Positions 1 through 13,362 of a stretch of DNA of 64,000 bases are shown here, piece by piece. The DNA is taken from positions 54,004,001-54,068,000 of the forward strand of contig NC_045707.1 of NCBI RefSeq assembly GCF_009834535.1. The letters are read 5' to 3'. The stretch is from Camelus ferus (Eukaryota). Position 1 is the first letter of the stretch, and every line of letters starts with the position of its first letter. The notes under the pieces were generated by a model. The model had not been told where the DNA came from. It worked only from the letters and a program-made list of their open reading frames with translations, and made no database searches. The position numbers were made by a program, and so were the translations under genes.

Positions 1-789
1 AAATCCTAGAGCACTCCCACGAACCTATCCAACTCCTGGCATTTCCCCTAATCTCTCTCCTTTAGTCTTCATTAAAGTAAACTCAAAATCCATCACTGTA
101 CCTATAAAATCCTCTTTTATTCCTTTTGTATTAGTTAAGGCTCTGTTTATAAGTTCTGTAAAGCAACTTAAGCTATCATAAGTGGAAGAGAGTTGGATAT
201 TAGAGAGATACTAAGATGTTCTGCAGAATAGAAACTCATTTTCTTTTATCAAATGAATAATGATAAATAGGTGAATTAATGAACGCATTAAGAGTTATTA
301 ATAGTGGAGACGTTGATGTTTGAGTAAATCAAAATAATTGTCTTTTAAATTTCAGTTTTTCTTGCTGCTTTGTTCTCATTTTGGTAAATAATAAGAACAA
401 TTAAGGGGATTAAAAGGTAAACCAGATAATCATAAGCTAGTAATTTATTATTCATTTAACTGTTACCTGATTAGATAGGGCCCAGATAGTAATTACAATG
501 CTTATTTATTTATAGATTCTTCTCAGAAATATGTTTGACTACAAGAAAGTGACTCAGTCATTTAAACTCAGTTCAAGGCTTAGGTGAACAAGGCTTTTAA
601 TAAATGCTTTTTATTATAATGCTAATATTTTAGAATTACTAGCTCCCTTTTATCAAACAAACCTCTGAAAGCAGCAACTTTAATAACTGCCTTTAAAAAT
701 TAGGCTCTGGTTAAAAAAAAAAAATAAGATGCCCGTAATTCCTAGGAAATAAACCACTTAGGAATTTTAGGATAATATTATTTGTTTAG

Positions 790-900
790 TTATTTCATTC
801 AACAAATATTTACCATATGCCACCTGTGTGAGGCAAAACTCTAAGAGAAGATAGACATAAATAAAACACAATCCTTCATCTTGAGGGCTAAGAGTTTAGA
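790..900 (-). mobile_element. L2 (LINE-2) 3'-end remnant
   Basis: ttcattcaacaaatatttacc...tgccacctgtgtgaggc is the typical reverse-complemented L2 tail. Confidence 0.6.
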
Positions 901-3900
901 GACTAGAATGAGTTATTGCGTACTTGGGGGAATTATAAAAACAAAAATATGTATTTTCTTATGTGTTGTATTTTTCTACAAACTCAAAGAATCTCCTTTC
1001 TCCATATCGATTAGGTACTGAGTCCCTCAGAAGTCCAAATACTCTAAACACTAGCTGACTGCAAAATCCTTACCCTAGTAAGGGAAAATCCTTTGTTATA
1101 GGCCCACTGCTGGAGGAATAAAGCTGGTTGCTGCCAGAAGGGCAGAAAAAGAGGTTAGGCTTCGAGGTAAGGGATGAAAATGTTTCTACCCTGTGAGCTA
1201 AAATCCACAAGAGGGAGAGAATAGAGGAGTCAAAACATCATTTCACAACATGGTGGCATCTGAATAGGATTAGCTCCATCCACCCCACAGCAATTGTGCA
1301 GATTCTAGGGAGAAGGTTGGGGAAGTGGGTAGGAGAAGCAGGGGACAAACCAAGAGGTGGGGTGAGCATTTCCCCCTCCCCGCCCTTATGTGTACGCGGG
1401 GACTCAAGTGAGCTTCCTGCCTGGCACAAGAGCTGGTGGGATGGCGCCTGACATTTCTGAGTTAGAAAAATGAAGCCATGGACGGTGCTAACATCTGAGG
1501 CTGAGAAGAAAACTCATATTGTCGCAGGCTGACAACCAAGGCTGATGCTCAGCCAGTAGGCATTGGTATGGGCTGTTAATAAACAGCTGAATAACTAGCG
1601 GCTGTGCCAAGCCCACAGAGCTTACTTTCCCCTGCTTCAGCGACCCTGGTTCACGTCCCACTTCTCTGGAATCCTTGGACTTTTCTCTAGCCGGCAACTG
1701 AAGAGATAATCCTTGGCACATCAGGAGCCCCAGGACCCCACTCCAGTTTTAAGCAGTCATCCTTTGATGGATCTGTGCACATCCATTCATGGTGTTAGTA
1801 TTGTGACATCTGCCCTGTTTATAACCCATCAAATTTACCAAAAATTGTGTTACCAAAAAACTTTAGACAATTTGGAAAAAAAAAAGTCTACTACTTTATT
1901 ATTGAAATACGTGAAACAGTATAGATTACTTCCTTCATTTTGAACACTGTCTGCTCAAAAACTCTTTTCCTTTTTCCCCTTGTGTTGAACTGACATTGAA
2001 GTTTATGGGAGAGTTACATGCTTAAAAGAAAAATAACAACTAAATACTATCCAAAAAAATCAACAATTGATGCTATTAATTCCTATTAATTGTGGAATTA
2101 ATAGCGTCAGCTGATCCACTGCATTATTATGACAGTTTTTTTAGTTTGTTTTATTCTGTTCTGCTACTTTGTTTTCTAAGGTTTACCAGGATGTGTAGTG
2201 GGAGAATATTTTTGATATATTAATCAGTTTATCCCTCTAATCTCTTTTATTATGATTTTATTATTTTTTACCATAAGACCCTCCCCCTATTAAAACTAAA
2301 CATTAATGGTAGAAAATGTGGGGTTCTACATGGTATACATGCAGAGAATACTCAAAATCTAGCTCCAAGTGACAAAATAAAGCCTTAAAACTTATAGCAG
2401 AGATAATAATCTAGAAAGTATGTTTTCATTTGCAAGAGCTGTGTATTTTGGAACTCAAAAGTCTTGGTGGGAGCAGAGTATAAATATTATGCCAAATACA
2501 ACATAGTATAAAAAAATTTTTAGAAAGAAGCCAAACCACCCAATCTAAGGGCTGCCCAAGCTGGGCAAGGAGAGAAAAGAAGAGATGAGACCATGGAGGG
2601 GGATTTATGGTGAGAGGACCAGACCTGAAAATCCTAGTAGTCAACATTGACTACTGTCAAGTCTGTACATGAGACATGCCAAGGAGCTCTTGTGTAAGCT
2701 GAGTCTGCTTCAAGAGACCGTCCCATCACCCTTCCAGTGAGCATAGCACAACGTCCCAGGTAAGAACACAGGAATTTTTCTAAGTGCTGTGTTTCATCAG
2801 CTGATCAGCTAATCAGGAGTGGTCTCCAAGCCTACCTTGTGGGAGTCACCAGTATGTTCCATCTCCCTGTTAATGTCCCAGGATATTGGTGAACCTTCCC
2901 ACCTCCACCCCTGCACCTCCTGCCAGACAGAGAGCCTGGATCCCGAGAAGGCCAGTGGTGTCGCAAAAGGGAAGTAGTGATGTGGAAAGGGAAACCTTCA
3001 GCACCTTTACTTGGTTGGGGCAGAAAGGAATTTTGTTCACAATTCTAACCTTTCTTGATTTGAATACAGACCAATTATATGCAATTTCCTGCTTTAATAA
3101 TACTTCAAAATAACTGAACTTCCAGTAAAACGTATCTTTCAATACCTAAGTTTACCCTCATAAATGAAAGGTTTCCTGATAGTAAAATGAAGAAGTCTCC
3201 AGATACTGGGTTAGAATCTTACTCCTCCTGGATACACCGTGACGATTCTTTTGCCATTAAGGTTCTATCTTCAGTTTCTCATTAATCTCTTTCTCATTAA
3301 AATATGATGCTAAAATTATTCAAAGGCCTTTTTAGTGTGTTTTATCCATTAGGAAACATCCATCTCATTTTTAAATTACAGAGTTACTCTTTAGTTCAAC
3401 ATGGTAATGCAAAAAAAAACCCTGACTTTTATTTTATGCTTCATGTATTTATTTATTGTCAAAGGCATATCCTTATCCTCTCTCAGCAGGCCTGAAAAGG
3501 GGCCAGATGCCAGATGTTTCCTATCATGCGTTTCCTCTCAGTTCTTCAGTTCATTTTTGACAAGCTGAAATTGGAAGTATTTATCACTGTTGGTGTTGTG
3601 CTCGGTAATTGCTATTTGTCAAACTCAGGAACATCTTTTAAAGAGATGCAGCATCACTTAGAGTAGGGCTATCTAATTTGACTATCATAACAACTTGTAG
3701 TCAAAATCTCAATCAAATAGGTGTATTGAATAAATTTTCACTTTCTACAACATATGCATGCTCAAATTAGCTGTTCAGATTGATTTGAATTTTTAACATT
3801 TCTGATGCCTTAGAAGGGATTTAAAGCAGTTTCCAAGTACACATGAAAACAGTAATGAAGTATAAGTAAAAAAAATAAAGGCATTTTTAAGTAAGTAAGA

Positions 3901-4809
3901 CCCTTTAATCTGGAAAAAATGCAATATTATTGCTAATATCATTTTAATAGAAATGGTCATAGTTGTACATCATATTTTTAATGTATTTTACAATTTAACA
4001 AGAACTCATAAGTTTAACCTTTATCCCATAATTGTCTCAAGCCAATCTGATGAGTTAGAATGGTCATTATTAATCATATTTTCTCAATGAAAAAGGAGAG
4101 GTAAAGAAAGATTAAGGGATTGAGTTAGGTTCACACTAGGAAAAGCTTTAATTTTGTGCTAATTGATATTTTAGTTTATTAAAATGAATGGTATTCTTTG
4201 ATTTGAAACAAATCATCCCATTCATATATATGCCACAAGCCCAGAGAGATGAATATGGCGTGGGACATTCCACAGTTTTGAAATCACATGAAGTCACACT
4301 CCTGATAGCTTCTTACAGCATCTGCCTACATAGACTCTCTGTGATTGGGGTCCTGGCTTTTTTTTTTTTTTTTTTTTACATAAATTGTTTCTAAATTTCT
4401 CATTAGCAGAATAATTCACCTGTATTTTTAGCAGGAAATGTGCTAAGGGACTGATCCTAGTGATTGGACTTCATCATTTGCTCCAAATACGAGTTTTAAA
4501 TGAAATTCGTTATCCCATTGATGGTGTTTATTTTCACCCATCAGGTCCTATTCCTTCCAAGTCTGCCTAAAAGGGTAAATTTTAAAATGAACAGGGGCCT
4601 CCCCTTGGTTTTTGATTACAAGAATTCCTTGAGGTACAGGCACATGGCAGGGTTGAGTAGATCTTGTCTTTGCATCTATTCCTGGATGAAAACATTAGGT
4701 TATCCTGGGGAGTTTAGAGTTTCTCTAATATGAATTGATGAAAATCCAGTGTTTGATAATATTAATAAATCTCTTAATTCTACAAAACTCACCCCACCTT
4801 TACCATCTC

Positions 4810-4930
4810 GTTCCCCACGAAGGTAGGGATCTTGTCAGTCTTATTTACTGTTTCAGCCTCAGGATCTGTAACAATGCCTCCACGTGGCAGGTGCTAAGTG
4901 ATAGGTGTTGAATGAAAAAGTGAATAAGTA
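4810..4930 (+). mobile_element. L2 3'-end remnant
   Basis: gaaggtagggatcttgtc...aacaatgcctccacgtggcaggtgctaag...gttgaatgaa matches the L2 terminal pattern. Confidence 0.65.
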
Positions 4931-5129
4931 AATAATCCCTGAATTTGAGAAAATATGCCCTACATCTAACTAGCTCATCTGCCTTTCAGCTGACATGAAC
5001 TATATAGCCTTGCCTAGACAGGAGAGTAGACTCGGTCATGGATCTTCATTAAAATTGTGGGCGTTTTAGCTCCCTGGTTATTAGGAGAGAAATTATGACA
5101 ACAAAACTATGTATTGTCCACTCATCCCT

Positions 5130-5660
5130 GAGCCCCAAGTGGAGAGGTAAAGACAGAAGAAGCTAGTAGCTAGTAAAGGGGCCTGAAAAGGTACAAGAAG
5201 AGAGAAGAAAAGAACCTTGGGTTGGAGTGAAAGGGGCGGAAGCAGGTGTATGTCTTGGATTCAGGGTAAAGAAAATGTTTGAAGGAAGAAGTTAACAACT
5301 GTGATGTGTACTAATGAGAGGAAAATGTCCGTTGCCTTTCCTAATATTGAATCAGAGGCCAGATTGTAAGATTGAAGACTGAGTGGGAGAAGAGAAAACA
5401 ACCTTGCCATATGCAAACCCTTGTCTTTTAAGAAGCTTAGAAATTCAGGGCAGCAGAGAAATGGTACAGAAACTGGAGGGAAGGTGTGGGGTCAAGAGAA
5501 GCTTTTTTATGGGCCATATTAGAGATGGCTTGAATGTTACTAGGAATAATTGATTAAAGAAAGATAGATTAAAGAGAGGAGAAAAGAGGTGTAACAATGA
5601 AAAAAAAGTTCTTGAGAAGATGAGAGGTACTGGGACACTGCACAAATTAGGATGTTAGCT
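5130..5660 (-). mobile_element. L2 body remnant
   Basis: purine-rich segment with L2-like motifs (ggccagattgtaagattgaagactgagtgggag). Confidence 0.45.
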
Positions 5661-6752
5661 TTTGTTTGTAACTCTAACTCAAGTACCTTAAAGATAATGT
5701 TTTCCTATTTTTCATAAACCATGGTACTGCAGATAAGTTTAAACATTTTTAAACCCTTTATATTCCATCTATATAAGAACTAAGTATTCTCCCTCAAATA
5801 TTCTTCCCAAATTTGATCATTCCTGTCTCAGTTTTAATTTCTTCATAATCTCTACCTGTTCATGGTTAACCTGTCATAGTCGAATGCAAATGCCACTGAC
5901 AGCATGAAATCATCTTTGAATCCAGTGGTACACATTGGCTCCTCTAACTTAATGGTTCTGCCTCTTTTATGACTGTTACTTCCTTCTGATCTCTCATTAT
6001 AGTTTACTGTGGAGATTTATCAACAATCCTAGTAGATTATGAGTTCGTTGAAGATAAGAATATCACTTATTTTTCTGTCTGTTGTCTTTGCATCCTTCAC
6101 AGCACAAGTAAAGTTAGTGACTTTTACATGTTAGTGACTTGTACCAAAAATGCAAACATCAAAATGTTTTTGAATGAGTTAACTTCCTGGTTATACAGAT
6201 TTCAAGGACTCGCCTGACTGAATTAACCTTTTACCAGTATTACTCTTGTGGTATTTTAAAGTATCAATACAGGAAAATATAAAAATCACTTATTCTATTT
6301 ACAGTTTACTAGTTTCTGAAAATGAAGTGTACTGATATCTTCATGGCATTTGTATACGACTATAAAAATTGATTTCTCTCTCTGAAGAGGTGAATAAGTT
6401 GAATGAACAACCGTTTCTAAGGAACATCAAATCCAGGCCTCCTACTGACTATCTGAATAAACAAGGAAAATGGAATCTGTAAACCCAACAGCTTGTAACC
6501 GGGCAGTATATCTGTATGGAATGATCATTAAAATGTTCTTTCAGTACTTTAAGGCTAAAGGACACAATATCCTAAAAATAAATAGGGATTACAGTTTCCA
6601 AATCACTACGCATTTCCCTAAATACTCATTACTATACTCAGGCAGGGAGAAGACGCCATACTATCATGCAGTTGTATAGAGAGAAGCAAACATATTCTTA
6701 ATTTAGATTCTGCTACACAAATTCAAAATTTTGATTTTTAAAAGCCATCACG

Positions 6753-7175
6753 TTTTTCCAGTTTATTGTGATATAATTGGTAAAAAAAAAAAAAAAAACC
6801 ATTGTATACATATACATGATACAGTACTGTTAGCTATAGTCATATGCTGTACATTACATCTCCAGAACTAATTTATCTTATAATTGGAAGTGTGTACCTT
6901 CTGACCACCTTCACCCAATTCCCCCATGCTCCACTCTGTGCCTCTGGAAACCACAAATCTGATCTCTGTTTCTTATGAGTTTCTATGGTCTCTGTTTCTA
7001 TGAGTTTTCTATAGGCTTTTTTTAGATTAAGATATAAGTAAGATCATACAATATTTGACTTTCTCTGTCTGATTTATTTCACTTAGCATTAAGTTCTCAA
7101 AGTCCATCTATACTGTCACAAATGGCAAGATATTATTCAACTTATGGTTGAATAGTGTTCCATTATATATATGGA
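6753..7175 (-). mobile_element. L1 3'UTR fragment (L1MA9-like)
   Basis: atgctgtacattacatctccagaactaatttatcttataattggaagtgtgtacctt...aaccacaaatctgatctctgtttc, antisense L1MA-type 3' end. Confidence 0.8.
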
Positions 7176-7209
7176 TATATATGTACATATATGTAGGTGT
7201 ATAGTTGTC

Positions 7210-8390
7210 ATTAAATTCACAACATTTTGGGTCATTATTTCATTAAAATTTTTTCTGCCCCTTTCCTCTTCCATCCTACATAAACTCAAATTACATGTGC
7301 ATCAGAGTACTTGACGTTATTACACAGCTCACTGATGGTGTTTTCATCTTTTAAAGTATTTTTTTGCATAGTTTCAAGTGCTAGTTTCCAAATTCACTGA
7401 TTTTGTTGTCTTCAACATCTTATTCACCCTCATTCCTATTCAGTGTATTTTTCATCTCAGACGTTATACTTTTCATCTCAGGAGATTTTAGGCTTTTTTT
7501 TATATCTTCTATACTTTTATTTAACATTTCAAACTTCTATAGTTTCCTGAACATTTAAAAACCATTTGTAATTGTTTTGATTTAATGTCTTTATCTGCCA
7601 ATTATAACATTTGTGTTAGCTCTGTGTCCACTTTGGCTTTTTTCTCATTATGCGTTGCATCTTCCTGCTTTGCGTGTCTGGCCGTGCTTTATTGGCTGCC
7701 AAGCACTTTGGATTTTACCTTGTTAGAAGCTAAGTATTTTCATAGTACCATAACAGTTCTTGAGCTTCACTCTAGGATAAAGTTAAATTAGTTGGAAATA
7801 GCTTGTTACTTTTAGCTTTTCTTTTCAGATAACGTAGACAGTGCCAACATTTTGGACTAAATATTCCCACTACTCATACAAACCCCTTGAATTACGAGGT
7901 TTCCTAGTCTGACTGATGAGAAAAGACATTTATTTTCCATCCTGTGTGAGCCTCAGCTAATCTTTCCTCTAATCCTTCCAAACGAATCATCCCCTGCTGT
8001 GCTATGTTCCCACTCGGGAGTGCTGATCAGTACTCCGAGTACCAGTACTCCACAGTACTGGTACTCTGCAGTGCTCCAGGACAGCCTCTGTGGATCTTTG
8101 GGGTTCTCTCTCTGCACATCTCTCTTCTCTCTGGTACTCTGCCCTGTGCATACTAGCCACCTAATTCTTCTCAAACTCCCAGCTCTGTCTCATGCATTGG
8201 TATCCACCCAATTTTGCCCTCCCTGCACCAGGCTGGAGTCTCTTTGATGGTAGCAAACTGTAATAATCGTGAGGCTCATTTGCTTCCCATCTTCATGTCC
8301 AATATTTTGCAACCTGCCTTTTTTTTTTTTTTTCATTTATTTCATCTGTATTTAGCTGTTTGAGATTGGAGGGTAAGTCTTGGTGAGAAA
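7210..8390 (-). mobile_element. old L1M 5'/ORF1-region remnant
   Basis: ttttttctgccc...aattacatgtg...cacagctcactgatgg and ctctggtactctgccctg motifs typical of antisense old L1M; T-rich. Confidence 0.55.
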
Positions 8391-8559
8391 TTGAAGTCCT
8401 AAAGGTCTTCTCTTCTTGAGACACTCTCCTCATTTGTCTCCTTAGGATTATATATTCTGCCTTTACCTGTTACCTCTCTGGCTGTTTCTTCTCCATCTCT
8501 CAATTTTGGAACCCCTGAAGTATTAGTGTAGCCTTTTGTTGTTCCTTGCAATCTAATGC

Positions 8560-8760
8560 AAGGCACAATATGCTGAATGCTTACTCTTAACTAGTCACTC
8601 CACTAAGTGCTTAACATTTATTATTACATTTAATCTTTGCAAAAATCCCAAGACAAATGTACACTTTCAGCCCCAAATTAACCTAGACTAATTTTGTATA
8701 CCTTATGGATGGTGGAGTCAGGATTTGAATCTAGATTTTCTGATTTCAGTGGTCATGATT
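8560..8760 (-). mobile_element. MIR remnant inside L2 sequence
   Basis: tgaatgcttactc...atttaatctttgcaaaaatccc...ggtggagtcaggatttgaatctag. Confidence 0.55.
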
Positions 8761-8989
8761 TTAACAACTGTGTTCCAGGGCTTTGTTTTGCATTATTCTT
8801 TCCAGGTGGTCTCATCCATATGCATTATTTCAGTCACCACTTACATGCTAATAACTCTCAAAATCTGGCCTTCTCAATCTGATCTGCCCATCAACCTCTC
8901 AAGTTCTGTTTCTGACCAGTTCTGATACCAGGAAGCCCATATTATTCAAAGATGTTCTTAGCTGGATTAAGTAATTGAAACTTTCCATG

Positions 8990-9130
8990 TTCCCCAGTTG
9001 GTTGAACCTGTGGATATGAAATCAATAATATGGAGGAACTGAATATACAAAAGGCTGAATGTAAATTATACTTGGATTTTTGATTAAATGAAGGGTCAGC
9101 ACCCCAACTCCTGTGTTGTTCAAGGATCAG
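8990..9130 (-). mobile_element. MER8/Tigger2-like DNA transposon fragment
   Basis: gggtcagcaccccaactcctgtgttgttcaaggatca is the reverse complement of the start of the element at 9953. Confidence 0.7.
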
Positions 9131-9541
9131 ATTTAATTTCCCCTAATTTATAATAAATTCTTTTTTTAAGGAAAATTTTCGCCTATTATAGTAGATACTT
9201 AATATCTTAATTATTTTGTTCCTTACCACTCTTTCGTAAGGATATTAAACCCAAATACTAAAGTAGGGAAGATATTACTTAAAAGCAATTTAATAGGAAA
9301 TACTTCCAAAGAACCATATTTTTCAAAGAAACTAAAATTTTTAATTAAAAAATGTTTTAAACACCTTCAGTATGTCTTTATTTTATGATATATGACCCAT
9401 TACTATATTTGCAAGTTTTAAAAATTTTTATAAAACTTAAATGTTTGTCTCTTTGTTTTAGGTAAATATCTGTCTGTACCAAATCTGGTAGATCTAACTA
9501 AAGGCTATAGGCCAGGTGTGTTTTGAAGTAAAATACGATGC

Positions 9542-9947
9542 TGTATTAGCCTGCTAGGACTGCCATAAAAATATGCCTCAGACTGAGTGGCTTAAACAAC
9601 AGAAATTTACTTTCTCACAGTTCTGGAGGCTAAAAGTTCAAGATCAAGGTGATGGAAAAGTCAGTTCCTGGAGAGACCTGTCTTCCTGGCTTGCAGATGG
9701 CTGCCTTCTTCCTCTGCCCCCACATGGCTTTTTCTCTGTGCATGTGTACATAGGAAGAAAGAGAGAGACCTCTAATTATGTCTTCCTCTTTTTACCAGGA
9801 CACCAGTTTTATGGGACTAGGGTCCCAGCCTTACAACCTCATGTAAACATGTTTATCTCCTTAGGGTCCCTATGTCCAAATACGGTCACATCCGGGTTCA
9901 GGGCTTCAGCATATAAATCTGGGGGATTGATAATTCGGTCCATAGCA
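9542..9947 (-). mobile_element. MaLR MLT1-type solo LTR
   Basis: TG...CA termini; tgtattag...ctgccataa...gtggcttaaacaacagaaatttactttctcacagttctggaggct signature. Confidence 0.9.
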
Positions 9948-9952
9948 GTATA

Positions 9953-10179
9953 TAGTTGACCCCTGAACAATGCAGGAGATAGGGGCATCAACCCCACAAA
10001 GTGAAATTTTTGAGTATAATTTTACAGTTGGCTCTTTGTATCTGCTACTCAACATTCATGGATTCAACCAATCACAGGTCATATAGCACTGTAGTACATA
10101 TTTATGGGAAAAAAATCCATGTATGTTTGGGATGAATGGAACCTCATAGTTCAAACCTGTGTCATTCAAGGGTCAACTG
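9953..10179 (+). mobile_element. complete MER8/Tigger2-like MITE (Tc1/mariner)
   Basis: TIRs tagttgacccctgaac ... ttcaagggtcaactg with TA on both flanks (9951-9952, 10180-10181). Confidence 0.9.
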
Positions 10180-11554
10180 TATATAATTTTATAAAAACAA
10201 GTGATTCCTCAATATTAAGCATCTCAGGGCAAAACCAAAAACAAACAAAACTCTTGGAATTATAAATGCATTCAAAGTGCAAGAAATTTAATTAGCACAT
10301 ATATACATATGTACATAAACAGTATCTCATGACTACACTTAAAGGAAGGTGATGAGATTAATTTAGCTTACTGTACGAAGCATTTGGTTTATAATTCTGT
10401 GTCTGAATTAAGATTATATACTTCAAATTTTAAAAATTTAAGTTTGTTATAACTTTTTAAAAAGTTGCACATTTGTAATACGTTGAGTTACATATTCTGC
10501 GAAGATCTTACAAATCTTCAAGTCAGCTTGATCCTTAGCAACTGGAATTTTGTCATTAATTTTGCACTTGAGAGAAGAGCGGGGCTGATTTAATCAAGCC
10601 GTAATTATACTACTTGGCAATATAATTTTATTCTTTCACTGGAGGAATGTGATCACATATTTACTTTTTAAATTTGTTATGAAGTCTCATGATGACATGA
10701 AAGGCTCCTCTTTTCTTTTTCTTATCTTCCTCTAATTTTAGGGTTTTTCTCCCTCTACTTCTCCATTCCCTCTGTTCCATGCTATCTTTTTCTCCTCTTC
10801 TTTATCCACTGAAATTTTTTTATACATACAAGTTTTATTATATTTTAATATACTTTTGAATTTTGGGGGGCATGCTATCTCTTCCTTAGTGGATGGGATT
10901 GCTAGCATGTACCTTATAGACTGAGTTGCCTGGCATTTTCAACTATCTTAACTGAACATGTCATATTCACGATCTTCTGAAGCTGTTGTGATCATTGGCA
11001 GCGATGTCAGCGTGTTGTGTACTTCCTCAGCCTTATCATCTCTGAAACAGCTGTTTACCTAATTTTGATAGCTGCTTTAAAAGACCATTCTCAGGAAATA
11101 TTTCCTAACCATGGTAACCATAATACACGAACACACGCAGCTACTCTTGTATAAAAATGTGGCACACAAAGATTGCTGGCAAAATTAAGCCCACATAGTT
11201 TGGGGTGGATTGGAAGAAAATGTCATGATTCACCCAGAATGTTAAGGATTAATGGAAACTATACTCTCTGATAGCTAACTGTGAGTACTTTAGAGAGGAA
11301 ATTCTTTCTTTTACCCCAGAACGTCACAGGAATCATTCTGAATGGCTAGCATTCTCTTTAAGCTGCAGGTGACCACTGTTACTTCTCATTCTGTATGTCT
11401 GTCACCTTTCTATCTTTACCTACACAAGCAACTTTGGAATTTTAAATTGAGCAATACATTTCATCTCTGGACTCAAAAGGTAAAAATATCCCAGTTTCTC
11501 TAGGCAACCATCATTGCCTAAACTCTGCCTTCTCTATAAAACATACGGACCTGA

Positions 11555-12350
11555 GTTTGTTCATGTATTCATTCAACAAACGTTGACTGAGCCAGCATTG
11601 TATTAGCTGCAATAGCCAATACCACCCCTGCTCTCTTCTAGTCTCCTCTACTGGAGGAAACAGATATTAATCAAATAATCACACAAACTGATGGCAAATT
11701 TCAACTTCCACAAATGTTGCAAAAGAGGTACACAAAGCTAGAAAAACTTTAAAGTGAGGAATTGACCTCAAACGGAAGGTCAGTAATGTCTTCCCTATGC
11801 AAGTACCACCTGAGCCGAGATCTGCAAGATGAGTAGCAGATGAAAGGTGAGGGTGAAAGAGGAGGAGAAAAGCACTTTTGCTAATGGTATCAGTTTGGTC
11901 TCTGATGCAACATGGCAAATATAAAGGAATAAAATGACTCATGTGGCTGGTAGCACAAGCTGGAAGGAAGGCAGGATGTGAAATCAGCTTGAAGTGGGAG
12001 CTGGAAGCCAGCTTTCACTTTATGAAGGGAAGGTACACAGAGTTGCTTTTTGAAAAGGAGACTCTGGTTGCAGGTGGAGAAATTGATCAGGGGCTGTGGG
12101 ATGGGAGTGCAGATGCAACCAAACAAGTTAGAAGTCAGAGAGTTCAAAGTGATGTGATCAAGTAGGAAGAAATATCTGGAATCAAGGAATATTTGGAAAT
12201 TAAAGTCAACAAGACACCATGAGAATTTACATATGGTCTGAGAGAGAGAAAATGTCAATGATTCCTAAATTTCTGGGTTTTGATCCTGGATGATTGGTGG
12301 CACCATTTTTTAAGTTGGGGACACTAGAAAAGGACCTGTTTGGTTTGGAG
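11555..12350 (-). mobile_element. L2 remnant
   Basis: starts ttcattcaacaaacgttgactgag; continues with gagccgagatctgcaagatgagtag and other L2 body motifs. Confidence 0.75.
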
Positions 12351-13114
12351 CTCTAGGGAAATTTGCTTGATGAGTTATAAATTTATAGTTATTATAATTC
12401 CAAGAAAATTTGAGTCAATAAAATAAAATCATCTCACTTCTTTTTCAACATAAGTGATTACAACTCTAAAAGTAATATTTCCTAACAAATGATTATGAAA
12501 CATGAGAACAAAATTAATGTATTATTCTATGATATTTCTATACTTCTAAATGCACTGAATATCTGAAATGTTAAGATTGGTCAAAAGTGAAACAGTTACT
12601 CATTACCTGTAAGTTTACTGAGTTTTATGCTTAAACAGGCTGTGGATAGTTGTTACAAGGCAAGAAAATAAAATCTGTCAATGTTCAACTCAGCATAGTT
12701 TCAATCGTACTTATAGATATAGGTTAGTTCATTAATATTTTGTCATGATTGTCACTCTCCATGAAGCCATCATTACTGATTAAAATGCTTTTGAAATACT
12801 ATTAAATCTTTCCAATTTTCTTAGAATTATAATAACTATAAATTTACAACTCACCAAGCAAATTTCCCTAGAGCTCTTTTAATCATACATTTCTGATAAT
12901 GGGAAAATTATTTAAAAACAATTACATTTCTAATAGTGTGATCTGAATCTCTGTTTGTATTTCCATGAATAATTGTTTAAAGTGCTATTCTTTTGTACAT
13001 TACCATAGTCTGATATTGCTTTATTTTATCACTAATGTTTTAATAGTTACAGTGAGAAAAGTGTTATATAATACTTTGAAGGAATATACTTTCAAAAACT
13101 GATCTATTTATACA

Positions 13115-13362
13115 TTCATATGTCAGTGGACATTTAGGTTGCCTCCATGTCTTGGCTATTGTAAATAGTGATGCTATGAACACTGGGGTGCATGTATCTT
13201 TTCAAATTAGAGTTTTCTCTGGATATATGCTCAAGAGTGGGATTGCTGGATCGTGTGGTAACTTAGTTTTTTAAGGAACCTCCATACTGTTCTCCATAGT
13301 GGCTGCACCAATTTACATTCCCACCAGCACTGTAGGACTCCCTTTTCCCCACACCCTTTCTA
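13115..13362 (-). mobile_element. L1 ORF2 3' fragment
   Basis: ggacatttaggttgcctccatgtcttggctattgtaaatagtg...ggctgcaccaatttacattcccacc; homologous to 14840-15095. Confidence 0.9.

Noticed and set aside
1080..1860. GC-richer LTR-like block (similar blocks at 2450-2880 and 60250-60620)
   Set aside because: Probably old ERV LTRs, but I could not identify termini or family well enough to call them.
9573..9959. 128-aa ORF
   Set aside because: Translation of an MLT1 LTR.
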